A stretch of 64,000 nucleotides of DNA. It comes from a candidate division FCPU426 bacterium (GTDB taxonomy: Bacteria; Oederibacteriota; PGYV01; Palsa-1178). Of the stretch, positions 20,521-29,724 are shown piece by piece (positions within the stretch are counted from its first letter, which is position 1; every line of letters starts with the position of its first letter). The notes beneath the pieces are model-generated. The model was not told the origin of the DNA. It saw only the letters and a program-made list of their open reading frames with translations, and ran no database searches. The DNA lies in assembly GCA_963840035.1 (NCBI GenBank), contig CAWIXE010000002.1:1120001-1184000 (forward strand), in the 5' to 3' direction. The position numbers were made by a program, and so were the translations under genes.

Positions 20521-21843
20521 TCATTTCCCTGTTTTAATGCCGGCTTCGGGTGGCTTTTTTAAAAAAAACGCGAAAATATCATTGGGTGACCTGTCAAACA
20601 GGCAATAAACCGCGTCATCCTGTATCGGCCTGCCGACAAGTTCAGAGGCTTTCAGCGCCAGGTAAAACCTCCTGATATTTTTGAATGTCGGCACAAAAGT
20701 GAATGACTTTTTCCTGAACTCATCTCCCGCGGCATATGTCAGCTTTTCACCGGATTTTGCCACCGCGCAGTTTATAACCGAATGTATATCCAGCAGCATC
20801 ATGTCTGTTATCCCCATATTTAAGGCTGTTTTCGCGGCAATTTCCTGAGGCATGTATGTAGTCCAGATATATCCCGCATACTCCCCGCCCTTCATGAACA
20901 GGTAGGACCTGATAATATTATCCGTATATTTTATGAATTTTTTTGGGTAATATCCGGCAGCAGGCTTTCCATTTTCAAGAATCGCGTACCTGTTCTGGGT
21001 AAAAGTGCTGATCTTTTCCTTTTCAGGGAGGTTTTCATAAGCCCCCATTTTCATGGATCCATCGTCGTATATGGCCACAGTCGCCATGCCGTCTGCGGGC
21101 GCGAACATTACGTTATGATTAAATCCGCACCCTGCCTTGCCTGAGTCAAGACGGTAAAAAGTACCGTTAAAAACCGCAAGAAGACCCGCGGGGTCCTGTA
21201 CTCTGCAGTGGCTCGTATCCGCGCCGTTTTTTACGGTTTCAGATACACCTTCCGCCCATTTGCCAAGCTTCGGCGATGTACCGCCCCTGTAATAATTTTC
21301 ACCCGGATAGTAAGCAAGCCTGACGTCTTTTAACGGGAAAGCTACGAGATAGAATATTGATTTAGCCCTGATTCCTGGCTCGTATTTCATTATTTTATCC
21401 CGCTCATTTTTAGGAAGAAAAGGCGTGTCTTTGACAGCGTTAAAATACCGGTTAAAATCTCCGTCAATTCCGTCCATGAATGAGACATTAAATACCGTAA
21501 GCAGCGCTTTGGTTTCCCCATAATCAATATATGACAGCGGAGTGTATGGAAAGGAATCAATATTATTCCCGCGCATCTTTTCCCAGTCAACCTCTATGTA
21601 AAAGGGCCCTTTTCCCTTAACTTTTGACGATACCGGAAACACCCTGCCTTTCATCGCGTGGTACATTGACGCCCCAAAAGAGGCATATGCGGCATCACGG
21701 ACGATCTCTTCAGGTATGCTTATTTTGCCTTTAACGGCGCTGCCTTCGGGCTCTGCTGCCGCCGTATTTGGATTTGCCCGCAGGCACATTGTAAATAAAC
21801 ACAACAATAAAACGGAAAACATTTTTAAAACAGCACTATTCAC
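20521..21843 (-). CDS. Hypothetical exported protein
   Basis: 440-aa ORF with signal peptide; weak resemblance to phosphodiester glycosidase-like proteins (FNGTF, MLLDI). Confidence 0.6.
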   Translation of the reverse strand: MNSAVLKMFSVLLLCLFTMCLRANPNTAAAEPEGSAVKGKISIPEEIVRDAAYASFGASMYHAMKGRVFPVSSKVKGKGPFYIEVDWEKMRGNNIDSFPYTPLSYIDYGETKALLTVFNVSFMDGIDGDFNRYFNAVKDTPFLPKNERDKIMKYEPGIRAKSIFYLVAFPLKDVRLAYYPGENYYRGGTSPKLGKWAEGVSETVKNGADTSHCRVQDPAGLLAVFNGTFYRLDSGKAGCGFNHNVMFAPADGMATVAIYDDGSMKMGAYENLPEKEKISTFTQNRYAILENGKPAAGYYPKKFIKYTDNIIRSYLFMKGGEYAGYIWTTYMPQEIAAKTALNMGITDMMLLDIHSVINCAVAKSGEKLTYAAGDEFRKKSFTFVPTFKNIRRFYLALKASELVGRPIQDDAVYCLFDRSPNDIFAFFLKKPPEAGIKTGK

Positions 21844-21960
21844 AACTCACCCCGTTTATAAACCGCCCGGATATGACCCCGGTTCAGTCCGCGTAAGCCA
21901 TAATATCACATATAATTTCAAATACCAATCCAATGTTGATGCATGGTCTTTAAACCCGGC

Positions 21961-22689
21961 TCACAGGTCAGAAACGGCCCTTTCCATCACAGTCTTATAA
22001 TCAAAATTATAGTTTTCCATTTTTCCATCTTCATAAAAACTGTAATAACCCTTTCCATCGGTGCCTATTATTATATGGTCAAGCATGTTCATATCCATTT
22101 CCTTCACGGCAAAGAGAAGTTTCTTCGTTATTTTTCGGTCATTTTCCGACGGCGACGGGTCTCCGCTTGGGTGGTTGTGGACTATTACAAAGCTCAAAGA
22201 GCCGTTTTTTATGGCTTCCGCCATGATTTCCCTGGGGTAAAGCAGCGACTGCGTAAGGGTGCCGTCGCATATCTTTTTTGCCGCGGTTACCCTGTTCTTC
22301 GCGTTTAAAAATACGGCGTAAACAGACTCTTTTGTCGCGTCAGAACAGACATTCTTAAAGTAACTAATAATATCCGCCTGCGTACCGGCCCTGAAGGATT
22401 TTTTAACAAATGAGTCGGCGGAGTGTTCGTCAAGGAAGGATTTAATCACTTTAAAAAAAGTCCTGGCCTCATCCCCGATGCCTTCAATGTCGTGCTTTGC
22501 AACAACATCAAATACATTCTTAAAATTTCCGGAAGCGGCCGCGTAAATATCCTTTGCCTGTTTTTTAACGTCCTTGCCTTTAATGACATAGGACAAGAGC
22601 AGTTCAATTATCTCAGGTTTGACGGTTTTACCCTGGTTGAAGCGCTCTTTCAGCCTTTTGATGTGACCTATCCCGTAGTGATTTTGCAT
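21961..22689 (-). CDS. radC: RadC-like JAB domain protein
   Basis: GH..RLKERF, YPREI, HNHPSGDPSPS..D, LDHII. Confidence 0.92.
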   Translation of the reverse strand: MQNHYGIGHIKRLKERFNQGKTVKPEIIELLLSYVIKGKDVKKQAKDIYAAASGNFKNVFDVVAKHDIEGIGDEARTFFKVIKSFLDEHSADSFVKKSFRAGTQADIISYFKNVCSDATKESVYAVFLNAKNRVTAAKKICDGTLTQSLLYPREIMAEAIKNGSLSFVIVHNHPSGDPSPSENDRKITKKLLFAVKEMDMNMLDHIIIGTDGKGYYSFYEDGKMENYNFDYKTVMERAVSDL

Positions 22690-22746
22690 GGTATAACCCC
22701 CCTATATTTTACGAAAAACATTTCTTGCTAATACAAAACCGCACTT

Positions 22747-23034
22747 GTAGCGGGCGCATTACATGCGCCCGGCTGTTGTAACATATCGGGCAACAACCTT
22801 GTTGGGCTATTAGTGAATCGCCCCTAAGAAGGTAAATCCCGTAGATTATCTGGTAGCCGCAGCCTTCAGGCTGCGTAAGGCAGGACATTTCCTGCGTTTC
22901 GCAACCTAAAGGTTGCGGCTACCAACCGGAATAACAAATACAACCATAAATCCAGCCTTGAGCCGCAGCTATTCGATATGTATATGTCATGAGTATATTA
23001 TAGAGCTCATGGCATATGCAAGCGGCGGCTCTAC
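22747..23034. repeat. Cluster of GTAG-type REP-like palindromes
   Basis: GTAGCGGGCGCATTACATGCGCCCG; degenerate GGGCTATTAGTGAATCGCCCCTA; GTAGCCGCAGCCTTCAGGCTGCG / CGCAACCTAAAGGTTGCGGCTAC; GAGCCGCAGCT...AGCGGCGGCTCTAC. Confidence 0.72.
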
Positions 23035-23256
23035 AAATACTCATACCACAAAAACATTCGTACACTCTTGCCTAGTATTCATTCCCCATTCCCCATTGCC
23101 TATTCCCCTTTTGCCACCCACTCTGACTCAACTCCACGGTTACCGCAAGTAAAACAAAGGCCTGCATAGTTTATGTATATTTGTTCTCGCGCTTGACGCT
23201 CGAACGCTTATCCCGCTCGTCCCCGCTGGTGGAACGCGCGGGGACTTGACCGGGGA

Positions 23257-23315
23257 TTATGTGCCAGTAACATTTTGCTGCGACTCTGGTCTTGCAAAAT
23301 GTTACTGGCACATAA
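23257..23315. repeat. Perfect 22-bp inverted repeat, 15-nt loop
   Basis: TTATGTGCCAGTAACATTTTGC ... GCAAAATGTTACTGGCACATAA. Confidence 0.9.
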
Positions 23316-23353
23316 AAAAAGGCAGGCACGAATAAATTCATGCCCGCCTTTTT
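23314..23353 (-). terminator. Intrinsic terminator after TPR gene
   Basis: AAAAAAAGGCAGGCACGAA-TAAA-TTCATGCCCGCCTTTTT; U7 tail on the minus strand. Confidence 0.75.
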
Positions 23354-23371
23354 AAGGAGTGTATTTTTATA

Positions 23372-24073
23372 TTAGAACAGGAATAAAACCGCGATTGCGC
23401 CGGCAAACAAGCCCGCGAGCAAGAGCGGATGAATTCCAAGCTGCTGGCTGATCCTCGGCTCTCCTCCGCCTTCTCCGCCTCCGAGTTTTGCCAGAACGCT
23501 TCTTACGCCCGGGTTGTTCGGATTAAGCTGGAGCGACTTTTCATATGCCGATTTTGCGTTGGCCATATCGCCTTTATAATAGTACGCGGTTCCCATGAAC
23601 TGATATGCCTGATAAGTAGGCTGCGCGTTCGCGCTTGCCTGATAATACTTGATAGCCATGTCATACTGCCTGGCTTTCAGGTACTTATGTCCGGTTACGA
23701 GATACTGCTGCGCGGGGCCGCCTGCGGCAGCTCCGCCCGCTGACGCGCCGCCAAGTTTTGCTACCATGGCTTTCGCGTTTGCGTTCGCGGGATTCATCTT
23801 AAGCGCGTACTGAAAATTCCTCAGCGCGTTTGCCTTATCGCCTTTGTAATAATAAGCGACGCCTGAATAGTAATATGCCTCCGACGTGGCGCCCTGTTTG
23901 ATGGATCCGGCGTAATACTGAAGCGCCTTATCAAACTGTTTTGCCTGGAGCATTTTGTTACCCGCGTCAAGATACTGTTTTGCCATCTGCGGGGTCGCAG
24001 AAACAAAACCTACTGCAAATAAGGAAATTATTGCTAAAATCACCATAAACTTGATTGTTCTTAATTTCATCAC
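23372..24073 (-). CDS. Exported TPR protein with C-terminal membrane anchor
   Basis: Signal peptide, two similar TPR blocks (YYYKGD.ANA...) joined by a Gly/Ala linker, hydrophobic C-terminus. Confidence 0.85.
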   Translation of the reverse strand: MMKLRTIKFMVILAIISLFAVGFVSATPQMAKQYLDAGNKMLQAKQFDKALQYYAGSIKQGATSEAYYYSGVAYYYKGDKANALRNFQYALKMNPANANAKAMVAKLGGASAGGAAAGGPAQQYLVTGHKYLKARQYDMAIKYYQASANAQPTYQAYQFMGTAYYYKGDMANAKSAYEKSLQLNPNNPGVRSVLAKLGGGEGGGEPRISQQLGIHPLLLAGLFAGAIAVLFLF

Positions 24074-24118
24074 CGCACACTCCTTAATAAATATTTTATT
24101 ATTGTCTTGTGTTTTTGT

Positions 24119-25576
24119 TTACGGCATCGGCGGGAGCTGGTCTCCCGGCATCATTCCCATGTCGCCGCCAGGCAAACCCGGGTCTCCCGGTAACGCATTA
24201 TCCGGTTCTCCCGGAAGTCCCATACCTGCATCCGGAGCCGGCAGATCGCCGCTCATGTCTCCCGGGGGTAATCCCATATCCCCGCCTGGGGCTCCCATGT
24301 CGCCTCCGGGTAATCCCATATCTCCGCCGGGTGCGCCCATATCAGCGCCTGGCTCTCCGGGCATTCCCATATCTCCACCTGGGGCTCCCATGTCGCCTCC
24401 GGGTAATCCCATATCTCCGCCGGGTGCGCCCATATCAGCGCCTGGCTCTCCGGGCATTCCCATATCTCCACCTGGGGCTCCCATGTCGCCTCCGGGTAAT
24501 CCCATATCTCCGCCGGGTGCGCCCATATCAGCGCCTGGTTCTCCGGGCATTCCCATATCCCCGCCTGGGGCTCCCATGTCGCCTCCGGGTAATCCCATAT
24601 CTCCGCCGGGTGCGCCCATATCAGCGCCTGGTTCTCCGGGCATTCCCATATCCCCGCCTGGGGCTCCCATGTCGCCACCGGGCATTCCCATATCTCCGCC
24701 GGGTGCGCCCATGTCAGCGCCTGGTTCTCCGGGCATTCCCATATCTCCGCCGGGTGCGCCCATGTCAGCGCCTGGTTCTCCGGGCATTCCCATATCTCCA
24801 CCGGGTGCGCCCATGTCAGCGCCTGGTTCTCCGGGCATTCCCATATCTCCACCGGGTGCGCCCATGTCAGCGCCTGGTTCTCCGGGCATTCCCATATCTC
24901 CGCCTGGCGCGCCCATATCGCCGCCGGGCATTGTTTCTTCACCGGGTAACGCGGCATTCGGCTCGCCAAGAGGTTCATTGGAAACTCCCGGGGCTTCTCC
25001 TGGCATGCCCATATCAGGCGCGCCTGGTTCAATACCGGCTCCCACTTCAGGGCCGCCCGGCGTCATTGCAGGTTCTCCCGGCAATGCAGGAACGCCTGTT
25101 GAACCGCCTGGAAGCTGCGTGGTATTATTATTTGATTTTGATGAAGCTGTGGATTTTCTTTTTGATTTTGTCCTGCTGGCAAGCATGACTTTCTTTTCCT
25201 GATATTTCCTTACCCTTATCTTAGGATACATGGATTTCGCCACCATGGCGCCGCCGTTGCCTTCCTGCAACAGCCAGCTGTCAACTATCCTTACCGCTGA
25301 CATGCGTTGAAAAGGCTGTACAACTTCCACCATTACTTTTCCATAACGACCGTTCACAAGGAATCTGTCGCCCTGCTTTATGCCATGGGCTTTCCCAATA
25401 TCAACGTATGAATATTCCTTGTAATTCGGGTCCGCGATGCCGATTATTTTGGCGTTAACCGCGTAATCGGTTTTCTTATGGGTAGACTTAGCAGGCTGGG
25501 CATATATGATAGCATTTAACGAAAAAACAAGGACAAGGGACAATAATATCAATAACGCCAATTTTCTGTTTTTCAT
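24119..25576 (-). CDS. Exported protein with long Gly/Pro/Met/Asp repeat tail
   Basis: GGAGG SD, signal peptide, small beta domain (YVDIG..HGIK.GDRF), G(G/A)DMG(A/M/L)P repeats. Confidence 0.85.
   Translation of the reverse strand: MKNRKLALLILLSLVLVFSLNAIIYAQPAKSTHKKTDYAVNAKIIGIADPNYKEYSYVDIGKAHGIKQGDRFLVNGRYGKVMVEVVQPFQRMSAVRIVDSWLLQEGNGGAMVAKSMYPKIRVRKYQEKKVMLASRTKSKRKSTASSKSNNNTTQLPGGSTGVPALPGEPAMTPGGPEVGAGIEPGAPDMGMPGEAPGVSNEPLGEPNAALPGEETMPGGDMGAPGGDMGMPGEPGADMGAPGGDMGMPGEPGADMGAPGGDMGMPGEPGADMGAPGGDMGMPGEPGADMGAPGGDMGMPGGDMGAPGGDMGMPGEPGADMGAPGGDMGLPGGDMGAPGGDMGMPGEPGADMGAPGGDMGLPGGDMGAPGGDMGMPGEPGADMGAPGGDMGLPGGDMGAPGGDMGMPGEPGADMGAPGGDMGLPGGDMGAPGGDMGLPPGDMSGDLPAPDAGMGLPGEPDNALPGDPGLPGGDMGMMPGDQLPPMP
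24270..24930. repeat. Coding tandem repeats, 51-bp and 93-bp units
   Basis: 17-aa unit x4 then 31-aa unit x4; 93-bp period visible at 24291/24384. Confidence 0.9.
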
Positions 25577-25708
25577 ACATCCTCCAAACCTTTTTTAAAA
25601 GCTTCAAAGAAGTGTTTTTATCTTATATTAAACGCAAAAATTTGTCAATAATAAACTTGATTTTGATTATTGAAATGTTGTTTCGCTATTTTTGTTTTGT
25701 TAATCGAT

Positions 25709-26344
25709 TTACCGCGTTTTTTTCCTTATTTTAAGGGGTTTTTCAGCCGTAAACCTTTGTTTTATGGCATACGCGGCTTTTTTAACCGCTTTCATCCTGT
25801 GCGAAATCTCATTCTTCTGCTCAAGACTCATTTCCGCGTATGTTTTTTTACATTCTTTTACGTAAAACACAGGGTCATAACCAAACCCTTTATTCCCTTT
25901 TAACCCTTCAGTAATGAACCCTCTGACGCTGCCCTCATACACTTCTTCTTTCCCGTCAGGGTAAATAACAGCGACAACAGTCCTGAATAATGCCCCGCGT
26001 TCCGCGGTTTTTACGCCTTTCATAAGCTTGATAAGTTTTCTATTATTATCTTCAAATGAACACTGCGGCCCGGCGAAACGCGCGGAGTAAACTCCCGGGG
26101 CTTTTGCCAGGTAATCCACTTCGAGCCCGGTGTCATCGGAAATAACCGTCCTTTTACCGGCTTTTCCCCTTACAGCCCTCGCTTTGATCAGTGCGTTCTC
26201 GGCAAGCGTCTCGCCTGTTTCTTCTATGTCGCCTGAAAAACCAATATCGCTTAATGAAAGCACTTTGATATTATCCTCACCAAGGACGTGGCTTATCTCA
26301 CGGAGCTTGTTTGCGTTATTTGAAGCAAGGACCACTTGCGTCAT
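25709..26344 (-). CDS. rdgB: Non-canonical purine NTP pyrophosphatase
   Basis: ASNN..K..E, ENA..KA, DDTGL, PGVYSAR, GFGYDP, SHR; follows rph. Confidence 0.95.
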   Translation of the reverse strand: MTQVVLASNNANKLREISHVLGEDNIKVLSLSDIGFSGDIEETGETLAENALIKARAVRGKAGKRTVISDDTGLEVDYLAKAPGVYSARFAGPQCSFEDNNRKLIKLMKGVKTAERGALFRTVVAVIYPDGKEEVYEGSVRGFITEGLKGNKGFGYDPVFYVKECKKTYAEMSLEQKNEISHRMKAVKKAAYAIKQRFTAEKPLKIRKKTR

Positions 26345-27066
26345 TTGGATATCCCCAGTGTTTTTCTCTGCAGGGCAATGAGTTCCACAATGCCTTTTTT
26401 CGCGTAAGCGAGCATCTTCATTAATTTTTCCTCATTGAAGGTCTTCTTCTCAGCGGTTGACTGTATCTCAACAAACTCGCCCGCTTCGGTCATAACCACG
26501 TTCATATCAACCTGCGCCGAAGAATCCTCCGCGTAGTTTAGGTCAAGTATTTCCTCGCCCGCGGTATTGACGCCGGAGGAAACTGCCGCCACAAAACTCT
26601 TTATGGGGTTTTCTTTTATGTCTCCGTTTTGCATCATGACCGCTATGGCGTCATAAAGCGCCACAAACGACCCTGTAATGGCCGCGGTCCTTGTGCCTCC
26701 GTCAGCCTGCATTACATCAGCGTCTATGATTATTGATTTCTCCCCTATCTTCCTCATGTCAATAACGCTTCTCATTGAGCGGCCGATGAGCCTCTGTATC
26801 TCCTGGCTGCGGCCGTTGATCTTCCCTTTTACTCCGTCGCGCGGTATCCTCGACTGTGTGGAGCGCGGAAGCATGGAGTATTCGGCCGTGACCCATCCTG
26901 AACCCGTCCCTTTTAAGAAAGGCGGTATGTCGTTTGTAACAGTTGCCGTGCAAATCACTTTAGTATCGCCGAACTCAACTAACACCGAACCTTCCGCCGG
27001 CTTTATAAAATCGCGGGTTATCTTAACCGCCCTGAGCTGGTCGTTCTTACGTCCGTCTGGTCGCAT
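26341..27066 (-). CDS. rph: Ribonuclease PH
   Basis: [37 protein letters not shown]. Confidence 0.97.
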   Translation of the reverse strand: MRPDGRKNDQLRAVKITRDFIKPAEGSVLVEFGDTKVICTATVTNDIPPFLKGTGSGWVTAEYSMLPRSTQSRIPRDGVKGKINGRSQEIQRLIGRSMRSVIDMRKIGEKSIIIDADVMQADGGTRTAAITGSFVALYDAIAVMMQNGDIKENPIKSFVAAVSSGVNTAGEEILDLNYAEDSSAQVDMNVVMTEAGEFVEIQSTAEKKTFNEEKLMKMLAYAKKGIVELIALQRKTLGISK

Positions 27067-27082
27067 GAAACCTCCTTAAAAT

Positions 27083-27159
27083 CAGATAAGAACAGTTTGA
27101 AGTTTTTAGTTTTTAGATTAGTTCTAAACCATCTTAAAACTTAAAACTGCCTTTATCTG
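27083..27159. repeat. Inverted heptamer-periodic element (family B)
   Basis: CAGATAAG..CAGTTTG AAGTTTT TAGTTTT TAGAT ... ATCTT AAAACTT AAAACTG..TTTATCTG. Confidence 0.85.
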
Positions 27160-27161
27160 TC

Positions 27162-27527
27162 TTACTCGTAATACGCCGCCATGGAGCCTTCCGACTCCCA
27201 GATGCATACTTTCAAGACCGAAACCTTCTTTATTTTTTTCTTTAATGCCTCATATATATACCTGGCGATGTTCTCCGCCGATGTGTTGTTCTTTTTAAAA
27301 TACGGTATGTCCTTATTCAGGTGCTTATGGTCGAGGCTGTCCGTTATTTTCTTCAGGGAACTTTTCAGGACGTTAAAATCAACCGCAAGGCCGATTGAAT
27401 CGAGTTTTGAAGATGTAAAATAAGCTTCCACCGTATAATTATGCCCGTGAACATGCTCGCATTTGCCTTTATAACCGCGCAGGTTGTGAGCGGCTGAGAA
27501 AACATCCCTTACCATGAGTTCATACAT
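27162..27527 (-). CDS. queD: 6-carboxytetrahydropterin synthase
   Basis: FSAAH.L..Y.GKC...HGHNY, DF..LK, DH..LN, SAEN, WES. Confidence 0.93.
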   Translation of the reverse strand: MYELMVRDVFSAAHNLRGYKGKCEHVHGHNYTVEAYFTSSKLDSIGLAVDFNVLKSSLKKITDSLDHKHLNKDIPYFKKNNTSAENIARYIYEALKKKIKKVSVLKVCIWESEGSMAAYYE

Positions 27528-27544
27528 TATTTGCTCCCTTTAAA

Positions 27545-27623
27545 GCGTTCGGAGTTCGGAGGGTAAGGTTCGGAGTTCGATCGAAATCAAAAAGATCGAA
27601 CTCCGAACCCCGAACTCCACCCT
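27545..27623. repeat. Inverted heptamer-periodic element (family C)
   Basis: GCGTTCG GAGTTCG GAGGGTA AGGTTCG GAGTTCG ATC ... GAT CGAACTC CGAACCC CGAACTC CACCCT. Confidence 0.85.
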
Positions 27624-27629
27624 GATTTT

Positions 27630-28424
27630 TCACAACTCCACTTTTTTCGCGTTCACCATGTCTTTTTTCAAAAACATCCTGCCGACCTTATTGAACTGCC
27701 CGGGCGTGTCCGTCACGAAAAAAGCCGTCTTTTTCCTGTTATTCTTCTTTGCCGTTATATCCCTGGCTTCCAGGAGCGCCCTTACTGTCTTTGCCATTTC
27801 ACGGGCTGAATCAATTATTGTGACTTTCGGCATTATCTTCCTTATAAGGGGTTTTAGCAGCGGATAATGCGTGCAGCCTAAGACCAGCGTGTCTATTTTT
27901 TTTGAGGCAAAACCCTTCAGATAGCTCCGCAATATACCTTCTGTCTCCCTGCCGGAGAGCATGCCTTCTTCGACTAATGGCACCAACAGCGGCGCCGCTA
28001 CAGCGGTCACTTTAGCCTTCGGGTCATACCCTTTTATGGCGTCTATATAAGCTCCGCTGTTTACGGTGGCGCGCGTCCCGATAACGCCGATGCGGCCCGA
28101 CTTTGTGGCTTCCACAGCGGCCCTTGCCCCCGCCTCAATAACGCCGATAATATCTATATCAAAACCGTGTTTAAGCTCTTTTAAAGCCAGGGCAGACGCC
28201 GTATTGCAGGCAACAACAATAATTTTCACATTCTTTTTCATTAAGAACGCGGTTATCTCTTTCGAGAACTGTATTATGGTCTCTTTTGTCTTTGTCCCGT
28301 AAGGCGTCCTGGCTGTATCGCCGAGATATAATATCTGCTCTTTGGGAAGGAGGTCCATTATTTCCTTCACAACCGTAAGCCCGCCGAGACCGGAATCAAA
28401 AACGCCGATGCCTTTGTTGTCCAC
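27630..28424 (-). CDS. murI: Glutamate racemase
   Basis: FDSGLGGLTV, PYG, ACNTAS, LGCTHYP. Confidence 0.96.
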   Translation of the reverse strand: MDNKGIGVFDSGLGGLTVVKEIMDLLPKEQILYLGDTARTPYGTKTKETIIQFSKEITAFLMKKNVKIIVVACNTASALALKELKHGFDIDIIGVIEAGARAAVEATKSGRIGVIGTRATVNSGAYIDAIKGYDPKAKVTAVAAPLLVPLVEEGMLSGRETEGILRSYLKGFASKKIDTLVLGCTHYPLLKPLIRKIMPKVTIIDSAREMAKTVRALLEARDITAKKNNRKKTAFFVTDTPGQFNKVGRMFLKKDMVNAKKVEL

Positions 28425-28450
28425 AAGCGCTCCTTCAAGTAGATTAGAGA

Positions 28451-28514
28451 CAGTTTGAAGTTTTTAGTTTTAAGACGGTTTTGTAGTAATCTTAAAACTT
28501 CAAACTTAAAACTG
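28451..28514. repeat. Inverted heptamer-periodic element (family B)
   Basis: CAGTTTG AAGTTTT TAGTTTT AAGAC ... ATCTT AAAACTT CAAACTT AAAACTG. Confidence 0.85.
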
Positions 28515-28527
28515 CCCCTATCAGTTT

Positions 28528-29649
28528 CTATATTTCTATCAGCTCATACTCCATGCTCCCCAGCCCTATCTTCTGCGCGTGTTCAAGCTGGGTCTTCCAG
28601 TTAAGTTCGGGGTGGACCATTTTAAACTTGTCCTTGTCAGCGTGCTTTAAGTCATACGAATCCCTTTTGTCCACGTTTTCTTTTATGACTTTCGCGGCAT
28701 TAACAAGCTCGGCTGACGCCGTGTCAATTGCCACAGGGTCAAAAGAGGCCAGGATACCGATGTCAGGCACAAGGTAATTATCGGACGACGGCATGCAGTC
28801 GCATTCCGGGGTTATATTCAGGACAAAGTTAATAAAAAACGCCTTACCCTTTTTATTTGACATGACTGCCGTCGCGTACTCAGCCACTTTTTCATTCATC
28901 TTCTGGAGGTCTGTATCCCATTTGCTTTCAATGGCGTCAAACCTGCATGCCGGCACGCACTCGCCGCAGCCCGCGCATTTGACAGGGTCATTTATGACCT
29001 TTCCGTCCACGATCTTTAAAGCGTCAAAATTGCACCATTCCACGCATTCGCCGCATCCGGTGCAAAGCGCGCTCTTATACTGCGGGACGTTTCCCGAGTG
29101 CTGGTCCTGTTTTGCCGACCTCGGGGTGCATCCCATGCCCAGGTTCTTTATCGCGCCGCCCATGGCTGTCATCATGTGGCCCTTGATGTGCGACATTACA
29201 ACCATCGTATTAGCCCAGTATATTGCTGAGGCAACCCTCGCTTTTTTAAGGTGAATTCCCTTGATATCAACTTCCACGCCGTCCATCCCGGTTAAGCCGT
29301 CAGCGATGACCAAAGGCGCCCCTGCAGAGGCAAATGAAAACCCGTGTTTTAATGCGGTGTTAAGGTGTTTAACGGCGTTATTCCTCTCGCCGACGTAAAG
29401 AGTGTTTGTGTCCGTTAAAAAAGGATTTCCGCCGCATGCTTTTATCCTGTCTACTATGACCCGGTAATATAATGGCGACACGAAAGAAACGTTGCCTTCC
29501 TCGCCGAAATGGGCTTTTACCGCAACCATTTCATTTTCTTTTATGATGCTTCCGGCCCCGGCTCTGTCAAACATTTTGGATAATCTGGTTAGTATGGAAT
29601 CATTGGCATGAGGCGCGCCAAATCTTGTGAAATAGACTTCGCTTTTCAT
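28528..29649 (-). CDS. DUF362 family Fe-S protein with 2x[4Fe-4S] ferredoxin insert
   Basis: K.HFGE.GN, TDTNTLY, H.KGH, GGAIKNLGMGC, two CxxCxxCxxxC, ECDC, DPVAID. Confidence 0.9.
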   Translation of the reverse strand: MKSEVYFTRFGAPHANDSILTRLSKMFDRAGAGSIIKENEMVAVKAHFGEEGNVSFVSPLYYRVIVDRIKACGGNPFLTDTNTLYVGERNNAVKHLNTALKHGFSFASAGAPLVIADGLTGMDGVEVDIKGIHLKKARVASAIYWANTMVVMSHIKGHMMTAMGGAIKNLGMGCTPRSAKQDQHSGNVPQYKSALCTGCGECVEWCNFDALKIVDGKVINDPVKCAGCGECVPACRFDAIESKWDTDLQKMNEKVAEYATAVMSNKKGKAFFINFVLNITPECDCMPSSDNYLVPDIGILASFDPVAIDTASAELVNAAKVIKENVDKRDSYDLKHADKDKFKMVHPELNWKTQLEHAQKIGLGSMEYELIEI

Positions 29650-29670
29650 ATATTACTCCTTGGGGGGTGT

Positions 29671-29694
29671 GGGCGATTCATGAATCGCCCCTAC
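29671..29694. repeat. GTAG-type REP-like palindrome
   Basis: GGGCGATTCATGAATCGCCCCTAC. Confidence 0.7.
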
Positions 29695-29724
29695 AACTAC
29701 AGCATGCTATTATCGGTAAAAAAA

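Noticed and set aside
21961..22689. radC as marker of a prophage or ICE
   Set aside because: No integrase, phage or conjugation genes nearby; tRNA-Gln has no adjacent integrase or duplicated 3' end
23955..25202. Long ORFs 23955-25202, 24109-25188, 24253-25032
   Set aside because: Shadow frames of the repeat gene 24119-25576, which has the SD and signal peptide
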